Virus record (IMG/VR): IMGVR_UViG_3300028805_000115
Direction: 5' to 3' (one strand)
Length of the DNA: 64,000 nt
From: an uncultured virus (IMG/VR IMGVR_UViG_3300028805_000115)
Lineage: Duplodnaviria > Heunggongvirae > Uroviricota > Caudoviricetes
Shown: positions 41,581 to 51,137 of the stretch, one piece after another
How positions within the stretch are numbered: position 1 is the stretch's first letter
How the letters are laid out: every line of letters begins with the position of its first letter
Position numbers and translations under genes: made by a program
The notes under the pieces: generated by a model
What the model saw: only the letters and a program-made list of their open reading frames with translations
Told to the model about the DNA's origin: nothing
Database searches by the model: none

Positions 41581-42726
41581 TTAAGCTTCTGCATTATCTT
41601 CCTCAAACAAGCTCAAAATCTGCACGATATCGCCATCAATCAGCTTGATTGCTGAATCATCGCCAAACTGAATCTCGACTGTATCTGTGGACTGCGCTTT
41701 TACATGCTTTGTAAATGCTACAGAATCAACAGTGCATTCAAATTTATCCTTGCTTCCTGACAGATATGTTATATCTTCCACGCCTGTGCTTGCAAGTGAT
41801 GATATTTTGACAGCTTTGCCATCAAATGTCAGCTTGATTGCATTGTCATCATATGCACCTATAAACAACGATATTCTATCAAGCGCCTGCATCAATGCAT
41901 TCTTTGACAGCTTACAGCTGTAAGGCATATTTGCGTCTTTAAACTGCTTCAGTGCTTCTACAGGATAATCATCAATACCTTCCATCGCATGTGTGTAAAT
42001 CTGAATATCTGAAGCATAGAACAAAAGCACTCCCTCATCGTATCTCTCGACTGAAAACTTATCATCAGCTGACAATGCTAACAGCTCTATAACAGTCGGA
42101 GACAGTATTACAGGCTCTTCCATAAGCTCTGTGCTGTATATGCTCATCTCATCTCCGTTTGTCGCGGCAATGATGTCTCCTGCATAATAGCCTGTAAGAT
42201 ACGGCGCATCCATCGAAACAGCAAGCGCGGGCTTTACAGAATTAAGCATCTTTGATACCACTGAAAGTTTGATATTACCTGTTCCTGCTTCAGGCATCAC
42301 TAAGTCACTAATCGGGTCAGGATACTGTATGGAATTGCCCATTTCGTCATACTGTAAAGCTATAGTGTACTTTCCATTACCTGTAACATTAAGCTTATCA
42401 GCATCAGCTTCCATCGTGATTTTCTCACATGTCTGCTTTTCTATCAGCTTTGCGAACTGGTCAGCAAGCACTGTGGCATAGAACTCCCCCTCAATGTTCT
42501 TCTGTCTCACATACAGATAATTAGTTCCTGTCTCATCTGACACAATCAGCGTAAGCTCTCCATCTTTTACTCTGATGCACATCAACTGTGTAAGCGGTAA
42601 AAGCTTGTTATTACCTACTCCCTTGTAAGCTTTGCTTACCAATGTCTTGAATGTCTCCGCTGAAATCGTCAGCGCATTTGCTTTTACTGCTTCTGTCTTT
42701 GTCTCTGTCTTTTTCTTTCCTGCCAT
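41581..42726 (-). CDS. DNA sliding clamp (beta / DnaN-like)
   Basis: 381 aa; P.LTG...ATNG, YP, L.QALDRISL patterns; clamp loader genes nearby. Confidence 0.75.
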   Translation of the reverse strand: MAGKKKTETKTEAVKANALTISAETFKTLVSKAYKGVGNNKLLPLTQLMCIRVKDGELTLIVSDETGTNYLYVRQKNIEGEFYATVLADQFAKLIEKQTCEKITMEADADKLNVTGNGKYTIALQYDEMGNSIQYPDPISDLVMPEAGTGNIKLSVVSKMLNSVKPALAVSMDAPYLTGYYAGDIIAATNGDEMSIYSTELMEEPVILSPTVIELLALSADDKFSVERYDEGVLLFYASDIQIYTHAMEGIDDYPVEALKQFKDANMPYSCKLSKNALMQALDRISLFIGAYDDNAIKLTFDGKAVKISSLASTGVEDITYLSGSKDKFECTVDSVAFTKHVKAQSTDTVEIQFGDDSAIKLIDGDIVQILSLFEEDNAEA

Positions 42727-42738
42727 GATGTCTCTCCT

Positions 42739-42897
42739 TTATGCTTTAACTTCTTTTGAATACTCTTTCCATACATCAGAAAATCTTCCATGTTTGATGC
42801 AATCATGCACTGAAATACCTAAAATGTGCATATTGTTTTTTGCAACCATTCTGTCAATCTTTCTTGTGTGAACTCTACGAAATTTCTGTCTTGCCAT
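42739..42897 (-). CDS. Small basic hypothetical protein (52 aa)
   Basis: Not in track; MARQKFRRVHTRKIDR..., AAGGAG RBS. Confidence 0.5.
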   Translation of the reverse strand: MARQKFRRVHTRKIDRMVAKNNMHILGISVHDCIKHGRFSDVWKEYSKEVKA

Positions 42898-42911
42898 AAC
42901 GTCTTATCTCC

Positions 42912-43961
42912 TTAAAATAATGATTTTCTTTTGATTGTATTAACTCTCTTTGCTGTCTTACCGTGTAAGCATTCAGCAATAGCAATACCATACTTATATG
43001 CTACAAGACTTGGAACTCCTGAGCATCTGTTATACTGCTCCTTTAATTCGATTTCATCCGGAAAATAGAAATCATCTCCAACTGTCTGTAGTCTTAAATG
43101 CTCTCGTACCGATAAACGTCTTGGAAAATCTGCATTACCTCTTTTAGCATGTGCCTTTGAGTAATCATCAATATTCAGATATGGTTCGGGATATAACAAA
43201 GCTGATTGAATCGATGATAACACAGTTTTAGCTGGTTCATCCCAGTTACTCTGTCTAAAATTTGCACTGAATTTTGAAAACAGATTCTCCTTCATTTTCT
43301 CAGTATTATGATTTTTGACATCTTTGATTGTCTTATCTCTCAAATCATAAAAGGCATCTCTCTGTGTAGTTCTTCCAAAAAGCATCTCTTTAGGAATTTC
43401 AAACTCATACGGAATATCGTCTCTGATTGCAACCATATATACGCGCTCACGCTCTTGAGGAACGCCAAGATGCCATGAATTTACAATCTTCCAATACGTA
43501 TGATATCCAAAGCTTTCAATCTGCTTTAAGAACTCTTTGAAAACTGTTAAGCTGTCACCCATTGCAATGCCTGCCACGTTTTCAAAAAACAAAGCCTTTG
43601 GCTTACACCCAGAAAACAATCTAATTGTCTCAGCTAACAAATCTCCGTATTTTTCATCGTTTGTAAGTCGCCTCGCACCACACACTGAAAATGGCTTACA
43701 AACAGGCGTAGCTATCATCAAATCATGCTTTGGAATATCTTCAATCTTAATCTTTCGTATATCTTCACACACTGCATGATTACCGATATTAAGATTATAC
43801 GTCTTTACAGCGTCAGTGTCATTATCAACACCCCAAAGCATGTTATATCCTGCGTGTTTGAATCCATAAGCTCCTATGCCTGCACCACAGAATAAGTCAC
43901 AAGCTGTTAAACCATTTAAGTCAAGCTGTATCAGCTTATTTGATTGCAATGTATCCGACAA
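42912..43961 (-). CDS. C5-cytosine DNA methyltransferase homolog, candidate DNA carboxymethyltransferase
   Basis: Motif I DLFCGAG, IV TPVCKPFS, VI ENV, VIII QERER, IX RRLSVREHLRLQ; atypical motif X QYNRCSGVP. Confidence 0.85.
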   Translation of the reverse strand: MSDTLQSNKLIQLDLNGLTACDLFCGAGIGAYGFKHAGYNMLWGVDNDTDAVKTYNLNIGNHAVCEDIRKIKIEDIPKHDLMIATPVCKPFSVCGARRLTNDEKYGDLLAETIRLFSGCKPKALFFENVAGIAMGDSLTVFKEFLKQIESFGYHTYWKIVNSWHLGVPQERERVYMVAIRDDIPYEFEIPKEMLFGRTTQRDAFYDLRDKTIKDVKNHNTEKMKENLFSKFSANFRQSNWDEPAKTVLSSIQSALLYPEPYLNIDDYSKAHAKRGNADFPRRLSVREHLRLQTVGDDFYFPDEIELKEQYNRCSGVPSLVAYKYGIAIAECLHGKTAKRVNTIKRKSLF

Positions 43962-44664
43962 AGTTCATCCACCTCCAAAATACATCAATCTGTCTAAAAC
44001 CTGCCTGCTTCATCAAATCGATGTTCCAATCATTTGTCACAGGAACAAGCACGCCTTCAAGCGATAATCGCTTACGTTCTATATCATCTTTGCTGTAGCC
44101 GTTAGATTCTTTGTATGCATGATAATTCTTGATAAAAAGATTGTCAAGATATGCTGAACTTCCAAGCACTTTCTCAACGAATATAAAACAGCCATGACAT
44201 GGTGAAAGATTGTTATAAATGCTTTGTATAATCTGCTGTCGATAATTTATTGGTATAAACTGAAGTGTTAAAACGCTTGTAATAACATCATAGTGTCCTG
44301 ACGGAACTCCCTTTGTCATATCATGATTTAGTATAGTTACGCGTGAATCGTCTTTAAATCGCTCTTTTGCCTTCTCAAGCATCGGCTCTGATACATCCAC
44401 TCCTACAAAGTATCCTCTGTCGCGCTCAAATTTGCCCGTTAAGGCCGCCAACATCAATCCGTCAGAACATCCTATGTCTAAAACATGAAAAGACTGTTTT
44501 ACCGGATTGTCGTTAATCACAGAGGCAACTAAATCCGTTACGCTCTTTCTCATAACATCATACTGCGGAATTGACCTACTTAGCATATTCTCGAAACAGT
44601 CAGCAACACTCTGGTCAAATTCCCAATTAGCTTTTGGAACAACTTTATCTATCTCGTTTTTCAT
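43936..44664 (-). CDS. cmoA: Carboxy-S-adenosylmethionine synthase (CmoA family)
   Basis: WEFD..VA..F..M..RSIPQY, LDIGCS.G, LTLQF, EK, K..NGYS...I..KR..LE.V, GF......W.NF; collinear with E. coli CmoA as I recall it. Confidence 0.85.
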   Translation of the reverse strand: MKNEIDKVVPKANWEFDQSVADCFENMLSRSIPQYDVMRKSVTDLVASVINDNPVKQSFHVLDIGCSDGLMLAALTGKFERDRGYFVGVDVSEPMLEKAKERFKDDSRVTILNHDMTKGVPSGHYDVITSVLTLQFIPINYRQQIIQSIYNNLSPCHGCFIFVEKVLGSSAYLDNLFIKNYHAYKESNGYSKDDIERKRLSLEGVLVPVTNDWNIDLMKQAGFRQIDVFWRWMNFVGYIAIK

Positions 44665-46976
44665 ATCTCAATCGCCTTTCCGTACCACTCTTTTGTTATC
44701 TCGACATCACACTTGATTGGCATCTTTAAGATTTCCTCAGCGGCCTCTGACATCGTTTTTGCCAACAGCTCGGAACATTCTTTGATGTTTTCCTCAGGAC
44801 ACTCTGCTATGACCTCATCATGCACGGGTATAAGCAATCTGAATCCAAGCTCTTTCAGTCTCTCGCTTTTACTCAGCTTTATCATTGCCAGCTTTGTCAA
44901 ATCTGCGGCACTGCCTTGTATTCTCGAATTTACGACCTGTCGTGTAGCATCAGCAATCTTACCACCGTTGTCGATTATCAGAATCCCCTTTTCTTGCGCT
45001 TCTTTTTTGATTTTAAGCTTATCCTTAAACCATGCTCGTTTAAGGCGCTTTCTGAGCGAATCTTGCACTTTAGCGGGCACTTCCTGAGTTATCTGAACCG
45101 GCTTTCCGTTCTCATCAAACGGTAAATCGCTGTTGAAGTCTAAAACGTCATCATCCACAGGAACACCATTGATATATTTAAACTCATATTCCTCAAGCTG
45201 AAGCTCTGGCAATCTGCGCTTTCTTCCACAAACTGTTGTGACATAACCTAAATCATATGCCATATCAAGTGAATCTTGCTCGAACTTCTCGATTGCGGGA
45301 AATCCTCTGAATACGCTTTCTTTTATTGCTTTTGCTTTTGCTTCAGTACATCCTAATTGCTCCGCTATACTTGCTTCACCTCTACCGTACAAAACTCCCA
45401 ACAGAATGCTCTTTGCCTGCGTTCTACGCTCCTTGCCTTCTTTGTTTTTGCTCCCGTCTGCATTAAACTCTCTGCACTCATCATAAGGCTTGTTAAAAGC
45501 TTTGGAAGCAATCTCAGAATACAAATCCTTACCCGCCATGAATGTGTTATACATCTGTGGGTCTCCTGCTTCTTTACAAAGTGCGGCAAGACATTTGGGT
45601 TCCTGCTGTGAGAAGTCACTACTCATCAGCAAGTATCCGGGTGATGCTGTAAACATCTTTCTGATGTCTTTATTATGACTCGGTATGTTCTGAAGATTTG
45701 GCTCACTGCTTGACATTCGTCCCGTCTTTGCCCCGTATTGATTAAACTTGCAATGTATCTTCCCATCATCGGGATTGACACACTCAGGAAGCTTATCTAT
45801 GAACGTGGAAACAAGTGTTGCCAAGCTTCTATGCTCTAATACTGCTTTTGATACATCGTTATTTATCTTTGTAAGCGTCTCCTCATCTGTACTTCTCGGA
45901 GACTTCTTGTTTACAGGCTCTATGCCCATTATATCGTAAAATAATATCGCAAGCTGTGTGGAACTGCCTATATTGATTGGATTGTCAAGCTTTGCTCCGT
46001 TCTTTCGTGCTTTGTCTATCTCAGCTTTATATGGCTTCAAAGTCTCGTAAAAAGCTTGCACCTTTTCGTCAAGAAGTGCATTATACTTTTCCGACAAACT
46101 CTTGCTATACTCAGTATCAATCAAAACACCAGTATCTTCCATATCTGCTACAACAGGAACACAAGCCATCTCAATATTCTTGAACACCCAATAAAGCTGT
46201 CGCATATCTTCACGCTCATGGTCAGGTCTCAAATACTGTCTCTGATAATCACAATACTCTGTTGTTATTATCGGGTCGTGTGCGGCATACAGATATCCAA
46301 CATTGTATGGTATCAATGTAAACGGTATGCCTTTAAACAGCTCATCAAATGTGAAGGCATCGCCCTGTCCATTCATTACGTACTTTTGATGCAATGGCTT
46401 CAGCTTGTTTGTAGGCTCGTTTTCGTTAAGAATACGCGCTCCTAAATAAGCATCCCATGTACAGTAGATATCTAGAACACCAAAGTGTCGCATGACTCTG
46501 ATATCAAAGTCGGCATTGAACATATCAATATCTGGCTTTTTCTTCAGTAATCGCTTGAACTCCTCACGCACAAAATCAGCATCAAGCTGTCCAACAGCTT
46601 TCTGTTGCGTGATATAGCTGATATGATTGATTGGAATGTATGCACTCTTTTGACCATATGTGTAAATACATGGTCCTGCAATCTTATTACGCATCGGGTC
46701 AAGACCATCAGTCTCAGTATCAAGCGAAAAGTATCCATTGCCTATACATTCTGTGATGTAATCATGAAGCACTTCCTTATCTGTGATACATAAATACTCA
46801 TCACGATACTTTCCAAGATTCTTTTCGACCATCTGCTTAATCTGTTCAATTCTACCGATTAAACTGGTCCCGCCCTTTAATGACGGGACCACTTGTTTTG
46901 CTGTAGCTGTCTTGCCTGCGATTGACTTATCTAAAGCTCTGTTTGTCTTTGTCTTAGGCAACGTAAACAACGGCAT
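44661..46976 (-). CDS. polA: DNA polymerase, family A
   Basis: 3'-5' exo DTETDG, FNADFD; TGRMSS..PNLQNIP, DFSQQE, motif B RTQAKSILLGVLYG, IQGSAAD, VHDE. Confidence 0.95.
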   Translation of the reverse strand: MPLFTLPKTKTNRALDKSIAGKTATAKQVVPSLKGGTSLIGRIEQIKQMVEKNLGKYRDEYLCITDKEVLHDYITECIGNGYFSLDTETDGLDPMRNKIAGPCIYTYGQKSAYIPINHISYITQQKAVGQLDADFVREEFKRLLKKKPDIDMFNADFDIRVMRHFGVLDIYCTWDAYLGARILNENEPTNKLKPLHQKYVMNGQGDAFTFDELFKGIPFTLIPYNVGYLYAAHDPIITTEYCDYQRQYLRPDHEREDMRQLYWVFKNIEMACVPVVADMEDTGVLIDTEYSKSLSEKYNALLDEKVQAFYETLKPYKAEIDKARKNGAKLDNPINIGSSTQLAILFYDIMGIEPVNKKSPRSTDEETLTKINNDVSKAVLEHRSLATLVSTFIDKLPECVNPDDGKIHCKFNQYGAKTGRMSSSEPNLQNIPSHNKDIRKMFTASPGYLLMSSDFSQQEPKCLAALCKEAGDPQMYNTFMAGKDLYSEIASKAFNKPYDECREFNADGSKNKEGKERRTQAKSILLGVLYGRGEASIAEQLGCTEAKAKAIKESVFRGFPAIEKFEQDSLDMAYDLGYVTTVCGRKRRLPELQLEEYEFKYINGVPVDDDVLDFNSDLPFDENGKPVQITQEVPAKVQDSLRKRLKRAWFKDKLKIKKEAQEKGILIIDNGGKIADATRQVVNSRIQGSAADLTKLAMIKLSKSERLKELGFRLLIPVHDEVIAECPEENIKECSELLAKTMSEAAEEILKMPIKCDVEITKEWYGKAIEI

Positions 46977-47740
46977 TATTTATCTCCTCTTCTCTGCGGT
47001 GTACGTCTCTCAGAACGTGCGGAACTACGTCTTGCGGGCTTCTCATCTTCTTCCTCATCGTCTGCATCATCTTCCGCATCTTCTTCCTCATCGCGTCTGC
47101 TTGAACGTCTGCGCGTTGTTGCTTCTTCTCTGCTTGAACGTCTGCGCGGTCTTTCTTCTTCCCCATCATCTTCAGGCGGGAACTCTTTTTCCTCAAGATA
47201 ATACTCCATGTCATCAGCTGACTTCTCAAGAACAAGACCACCAAGAAGCTTCGGCATATCGTCCTCAAAATCTTCAAGCTGTGTATCATCTTTCTCGACC
47301 TCATAAATCTCATAGGTCGTGTTTGTGTCTTTGGGCTTTCCGTTTCTCTCGACTTCAAAAATGTGCTGTACAAGATTATCCTTGTTTGCGTATCTGCTAC
47401 ACAAACTGGACATCTTCTCGAACATCTTCTTACCTCTGTCCCACACCTGTACTTGGTCCTCATCTACATTGTAGACAGGAATTAAAAGCTTGACCTGTGT
47501 TTTTATCTTTTCACGACAGAACGGACACATATCAACAGGGTCTCTGTAAGTACGTAAACAGTTTACGTATCTCTTCTTATCGTCAATATCTACCTCATGA
47601 ACGCTGAAGCCCTCAATGTCGTTCTCGTTGTTGTAAAGAAATCTGACTCGCTTTACTCCCTTGTTTTCTGAAATACTGAAGAAGCCCCCGCCTCCCTGTC
47701 CGCCATAATTGGCGGACTCACTCGCATTAAATCGTGCCAT
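46976..47740 (-). CDS. Single-stranded DNA-binding protein (gp32-like)
   Basis: VRFL, H...C...CPFC Zn site, acidic/Arg-rich tail; upstream of polA. Confidence 0.65.
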   Translation of the reverse strand: MARFNASESANYGGQGGGGFFSISENKGVKRVRFLYNNENDIEGFSVHEVDIDDKKRYVNCLRTYRDPVDMCPFCREKIKTQVKLLIPVYNVDEDQVQVWDRGKKMFEKMSSLCSRYANKDNLVQHIFEVERNGKPKDTNTTYEIYEVEKDDTQLEDFEDDMPKLLGGLVLEKSADDMEYYLEEKEFPPEDDGEEERPRRRSSREEATTRRRSSRRDEEEDAEDDADDEEEDEKPARRSSARSERRTPQRRGDK

Positions 47741-47755
47741 AAGTTTTTCCTCCTT

Positions 47756-48403
47756 TTAGTTTTTTGCAAGATTTACGACTGCTTTAACATTGCTATACTC
47801 AATAGTAGCTGTCTTGTTGTACTTTGACTTTGAATACTTATTATCAACAGCTACATCAGCAATCTGTGAATAACTCGCGCTACTCTCGCGAATGTAAACT
47901 CTGATATTCGACTTGTTTGTTAAGATGTAAGCGAAACACTTGTTGTCCTTATCTATAAGTCGAATACGCTTTCCAACTATCTTGTACTTAGCTTTTGCTT
48001 TATCAAGCTCATCAGACACAAAACCCTGACCAAGCTCACGACTTGCAACTGCGCTGATTTTCTTCTGCTTCTTCTCTTTGACAATCTCAACCTTATCAGC
48101 ATCAACTAACGAACACTCAGTTTCAGACTCTTTCTTTGCTTTCTGCTTCTTCTCAGCTTTTCTCTTATCCTGAATCTTCTTGACTTCCTTATCAACATCT
48201 GCAAGCTTCTCAGCTCCGGGCATAGGAACAAGCTTTGACTCATCAACCTTAATCTCATCTGCCTGCTTCTTCTCAGCTTCAAGAATCTTTGCTACTGCTT
48301 TTGCCTTTGCGCCTTTCTTATCAATCTTGATACCAAGCTTATTAGCAACCTCAACTAAGCAACCCATTGTCATCGAATAAAGCTTTTCTTCACGTGTCAT
48401 CAT
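47756..48403 (-). CDS. Lys-rich hypothetical early protein
   Basis: AAGGAGG RBS behind promoter copy 6. Confidence 0.6.
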   Translation of the reverse strand: MMTREEKLYSMTMGCLVEVANKLGIKIDKKGAKAKAVAKILEAEKKQADEIKVDESKLVPMPGAEKLADVDKEVKKIQDKRKAEKKQKAKKESETECSLVDADKVEIVKEKKQKKISAVASRELGQGFVSDELDKAKAKYKIVGKRIRLIDKDNKCFAYILTNKSNIRVYIRESSASYSQIADVAVDNKYSKSKYNKTATIEYSNVKAVVNLAKN

Positions 48404-48449
48404 AACCGTTTCCTCCTTGTGATGTCTTTGATTTTTGTGATTTTGTCAG

Positions 48450-48515
48450 CGCATCTCTCTCACTGACAAGAACATTATACTACACGTTTTTCTATCTGTC
48501 AAGCACTTTTTTGAA
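48450..48515 (-). promoter_or_regulatory. Repeated early promoter element, copy 6
   Basis: TTGACA (48502-48497)-N17-TATAAT (48479-48474). Confidence 0.85.
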
Positions 48516-48559
48516 TTTTTTTTTCAAGAATGAGCAAGCGGGCTTATGCCCGCTTTGAT

Positions 48560-49069
48560 TTATCTGTTGCACCAGCGATTAGCTTTCTCAGCAACTTCCT
48601 GCATCTCATCATCGTTAAGTGGAATCAGCTTTGCTACTGTCTGACAGTGAATGTCAACTCTGCCAACCTTGAAAAGCTGAACATACGCAAACTTTGACTC
48701 ATCACTGAACTGACAAAGACCAACGATATCTTCTGTCTGCACGATGGGAAGATTAGCACTGTTTGCAAGCTCCATCAAATCGCTGTACCCGAATGAACCA
48801 GAAAGACAGCAACCCCAACTCGTAATCTCCCAAACTGAAGTACCATCTGCATTGATTGTCTGTCCGATACTGCATGTCACATCGATGCTACCACGTGATG
48901 TCTGCTTGTTGACTTTGATGATGTCGCGCCAGCTCTTGTATGTGTCGTACTCTTGCTTCTTATCAAGGTCAATCTTGACTGTCTTTATCTTTCCGCTGTT
49001 GAATGTGTAAGCATAACCCTGTCTGCCACCAATGAAGTTTCCTTTAATCTGAATGTCATTTGTTCTCAT
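48560..49069 (-). CDS. Hypothetical early protein
   Basis: ORF behind promoter copy 7, followed by an AAGCGGGC/GCCCGCTT hairpin. Confidence 0.6.
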   Translation of the reverse strand: MRTNDIQIKGNFIGGRQGYAYTFNSGKIKTVKIDLDKKQEYDTYKSWRDIIKVNKQTSRGSIDVTCSIGQTINADGTSVWEITSWGCCLSGSFGYSDLMELANSANLPIVQTEDIVGLCQFSDESKFAYVQLFKVGRVDIHCQTVAKLIPLNDDEMQEVAEKANRWCNR

Positions 49070-49104
49070 AAGCGTTTCTCCTCTCAAGTCTTGTGATTTT
49101 TTCG

Positions 49105-49172
49105 ACTGTCATCTCAACTGACAAGAACATTATATAACACGTTTTTAAATTTGTCAACTACTTTTTTAAAAA
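49105..49172 (-). promoter_or_regulatory. Repeated early promoter element, copy 7
   Basis: TTGACA (49157-49152)-N17-TATAAT (49134-49129). Confidence 0.85.
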
Positions 49173-49176
49173 TTTT

Positions 49177-49374
49177 TTAAATTTTTTTCTTGAGACCTAA
49201 AAAGTAGTCTCTTGACATAGCTCCAATATCTTTGAAAGTCTTGATATTCCAACGATATTCAGTGATTATCTTGTTATCTACCTCTTCTCGTATTCGTTCT
49301 CTCGCCTTTAGTCCTGCTTTGTCCATATCTGTAGCAAGTATTAATTCTCTGCATGGAAGTTCTCTCAGCTGTTC
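49177..49374 (-). pseudogene. Displaced 3' end of a primase gene
   Basis: EQLRELPCRELILATDMDKAGLKARERIREE aligns with AQIKKLPCRKVILATDKDDAGKKARIRLREE of 50178-51137. Confidence 0.8.
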
Positions 49375-50176
49375 TACCCTTATGATAACCTTCTGGAACA
49401 TCTTCTGTAGTTCTCAAACGTATATTATTCGTTCCATTTGTCACCCACATCCAAATACCTCGTTCTCCCTTATTATAAGGCTCTTTTCCCTTCATTGGGT
49501 TTTGCCAACCACTTGCATATCTTTCTCTTAACAGTTGTGATTTTAAGTTTCTTGTTTCTTCTGATTGCTTTGTACCTACTAATTTTTGCCTTATCTTTTC
49601 TTTTGTTTCTTCTGTATGACAACCTGTAAAACCAGAACTTCCTTTCTTAAACATTCCACCATTTCTAAAATCAGGATGTTCTCTATGAAATTTTTTCTTT
49701 GCTTCACTTCTTGTTTTATCTCGTTCTGGTGTATGTAAATATCCTTCAATAAAACCGCTGTCTAAATACTTTTGTAATTCAAATTGTTTCACATATTTTT
49801 CGATTTCGCCATTATTTATAACAGTGCGTCCAGACATAGACACTTTCATTTTCTCCCGTCTATGTTCTTTTTCAGCATCAGTTAATCCAGAAAATGTATC
49901 TCCACCGTCTCCGCCTTTAGAGATATTATATCCAACAAACATATTATCACTATGATGTACATGAATATAAATCTTCTCATATCTATTTATGTCTGAACGA
50001 GTTTCACACCACTTTAATAATTCTGTCTTAAAATTATCAATTCCGTATTTTTCAAATGCTCTACGAATTAACTTACCACTACCGTGATATTCTTTATCAA
50101 ACACTTGTGACTTATGCTGACCAATATAAATCTTTCCATTTACTAAATTAGTTGTTTTATAAATATATCCATACAT
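49274..50176 (-). CDS. Free-standing GIY-YIG homing endonuclease with NUMOD3-like repeats
   Basis: GYIYKTTNLVNGKIYIGQH, YHGSG, GYNISKGG, HTEETKEKI; AT-rich. Confidence 0.9.
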   Translation of the reverse strand: MYGYIYKTTNLVNGKIYIGQHKSQVFDKEYHGSGKLIRRAFEKYGIDNFKTELLKWCETRSDINRYEKIYIHVHHSDNMFVGYNISKGGDGGDTFSGLTDAEKEHRREKMKVSMSGRTVINNGEIEKYVKQFELQKYLDSGFIEGYLHTPERDKTRSEAKKKFHREHPDFRNGGMFKKGSSGFTGCHTEETKEKIRQKLVGTKQSEETRNLKSQLLRERYASGWQNPMKGKEPYNKGERGIWMWVTNGTNNIRLRTTEDVPEGYHKGRTAERTSMQRINTCYRYGQSRTKGERTNTRRGR

Positions 50177-50177
50177 A

Positions 50178-51137
50178 CTACAAAACTTCTCCTAACGCAT
50201 AAAATTCTTCTCTTGTCATATCGTTCATATCTTTAGCATGGTCTGGGTATGTTCTATAGTCTAATTCAGTAACAATTTTATTGCTCAACTCCTCTCTTAA
50301 TCGTATTCTTGCTTTTTTACCAGCATCATCTTTATCAGTTGCAAGTATAACTTTTCGACACGGAAGTTTCTTTATTTGTGCAATAGATAATTCATTACCC
50401 AAACCATTTAATGCTACTGCATATTTATTATAGCACCAAATAGTTAAAGCGTCAATCATACTTTCACAAATATAAATTTCATCTGGAAATTTTTCTAACT
50501 GATATAGCTCAAATATGCCATAAAGCGGTTTTTCTACTCCTTCGGGATAGTGATATCTCTTTGTCTTAACGGCTCGTGTAGCAACAAAAAGGGTGTTGCC
50601 AGAAATATCACGGACAGGGAAAGTAATACAATCACTGCTTTTATCATAGCCAATATCAAAAGTCTCAATAATCTCATCGTCCAGACCACGCTCATACATA
50701 TAAGGGTGAGTATAGCGATATTTGTCCAATACATCTTCAGACACATACTCCTTTCTTTTGTGCTTTCTGCTTCTTGACATATCAAGCGGTATATCATTTC
50801 TACTTTCTGTCTCAAGATGTGAAAAGTTCTTGAGCAACCACTTGTTTCCAAACTTGCCTAATATGTCATCATCTTTACCAAAACAGAATGAAATCACTTC
50901 TGGCAAGCTGTGAATCTCGCCACATGCGAAACAATGAAACTTTCCATCGTCTTTTCTCAGTCCTGCGGAAGGCTTCTTCTCTTGCCCTCCGCTATGATAT
51001 GGACATTGAACCATGATGTGTGTCTGTAGATTGTTACGCTTTTGTAAAAGCTGTATTCCATTGGCTTGTAGCTGAATAGCCAGCTCATCAAGAATATCTG
51101 ACAGCTCGACATTGTAATAGGTCTCGCCTATCTTCAT
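50178..51137 (-). CDS. DNA primase (CHC2 Zn finger + TOPRIM)
   Basis: CPYH...HCFAC, ICES.IDA, ATDKDDAG. Confidence 0.9.
   Translation of the reverse strand: MKIGETYYNVELSDILDELAIQLQANGIQLLQKRNNLQTHIMVQCPYHSGGQEKKPSAGLRKDDGKFHCFACGEIHSLPEVISFCFGKDDDILGKFGNKWLLKNFSHLETESRNDIPLDMSRSRKHKRKEYVSEDVLDKYRYTHPYMYERGLDDEIIETFDIGYDKSSDCITFPVRDISGNTLFVATRAVKTKRYHYPEGVEKPLYGIFELYQLEKFPDEIYICESMIDALTIWCYNKYAVALNGLGNELSIAQIKKLPCRKVILATDKDDAGKKARIRLREELSNKIVTELDYRTYPDHAKDMNDMTREEFYALGEVL

Noticed and set aside
47090..47150. Duplicated TGCTTGAACGTCTGCGCG
   Set aside because: Encodes RRRSSR twice in the disordered SSB tail; ordinary low-complexity expansion.
49177..50178. Group I intron in primase
   Set aside because: Primase has a complete C-terminus and stop 1 nt before the endonuclease ATG, leaving no room for a ribozyme core.
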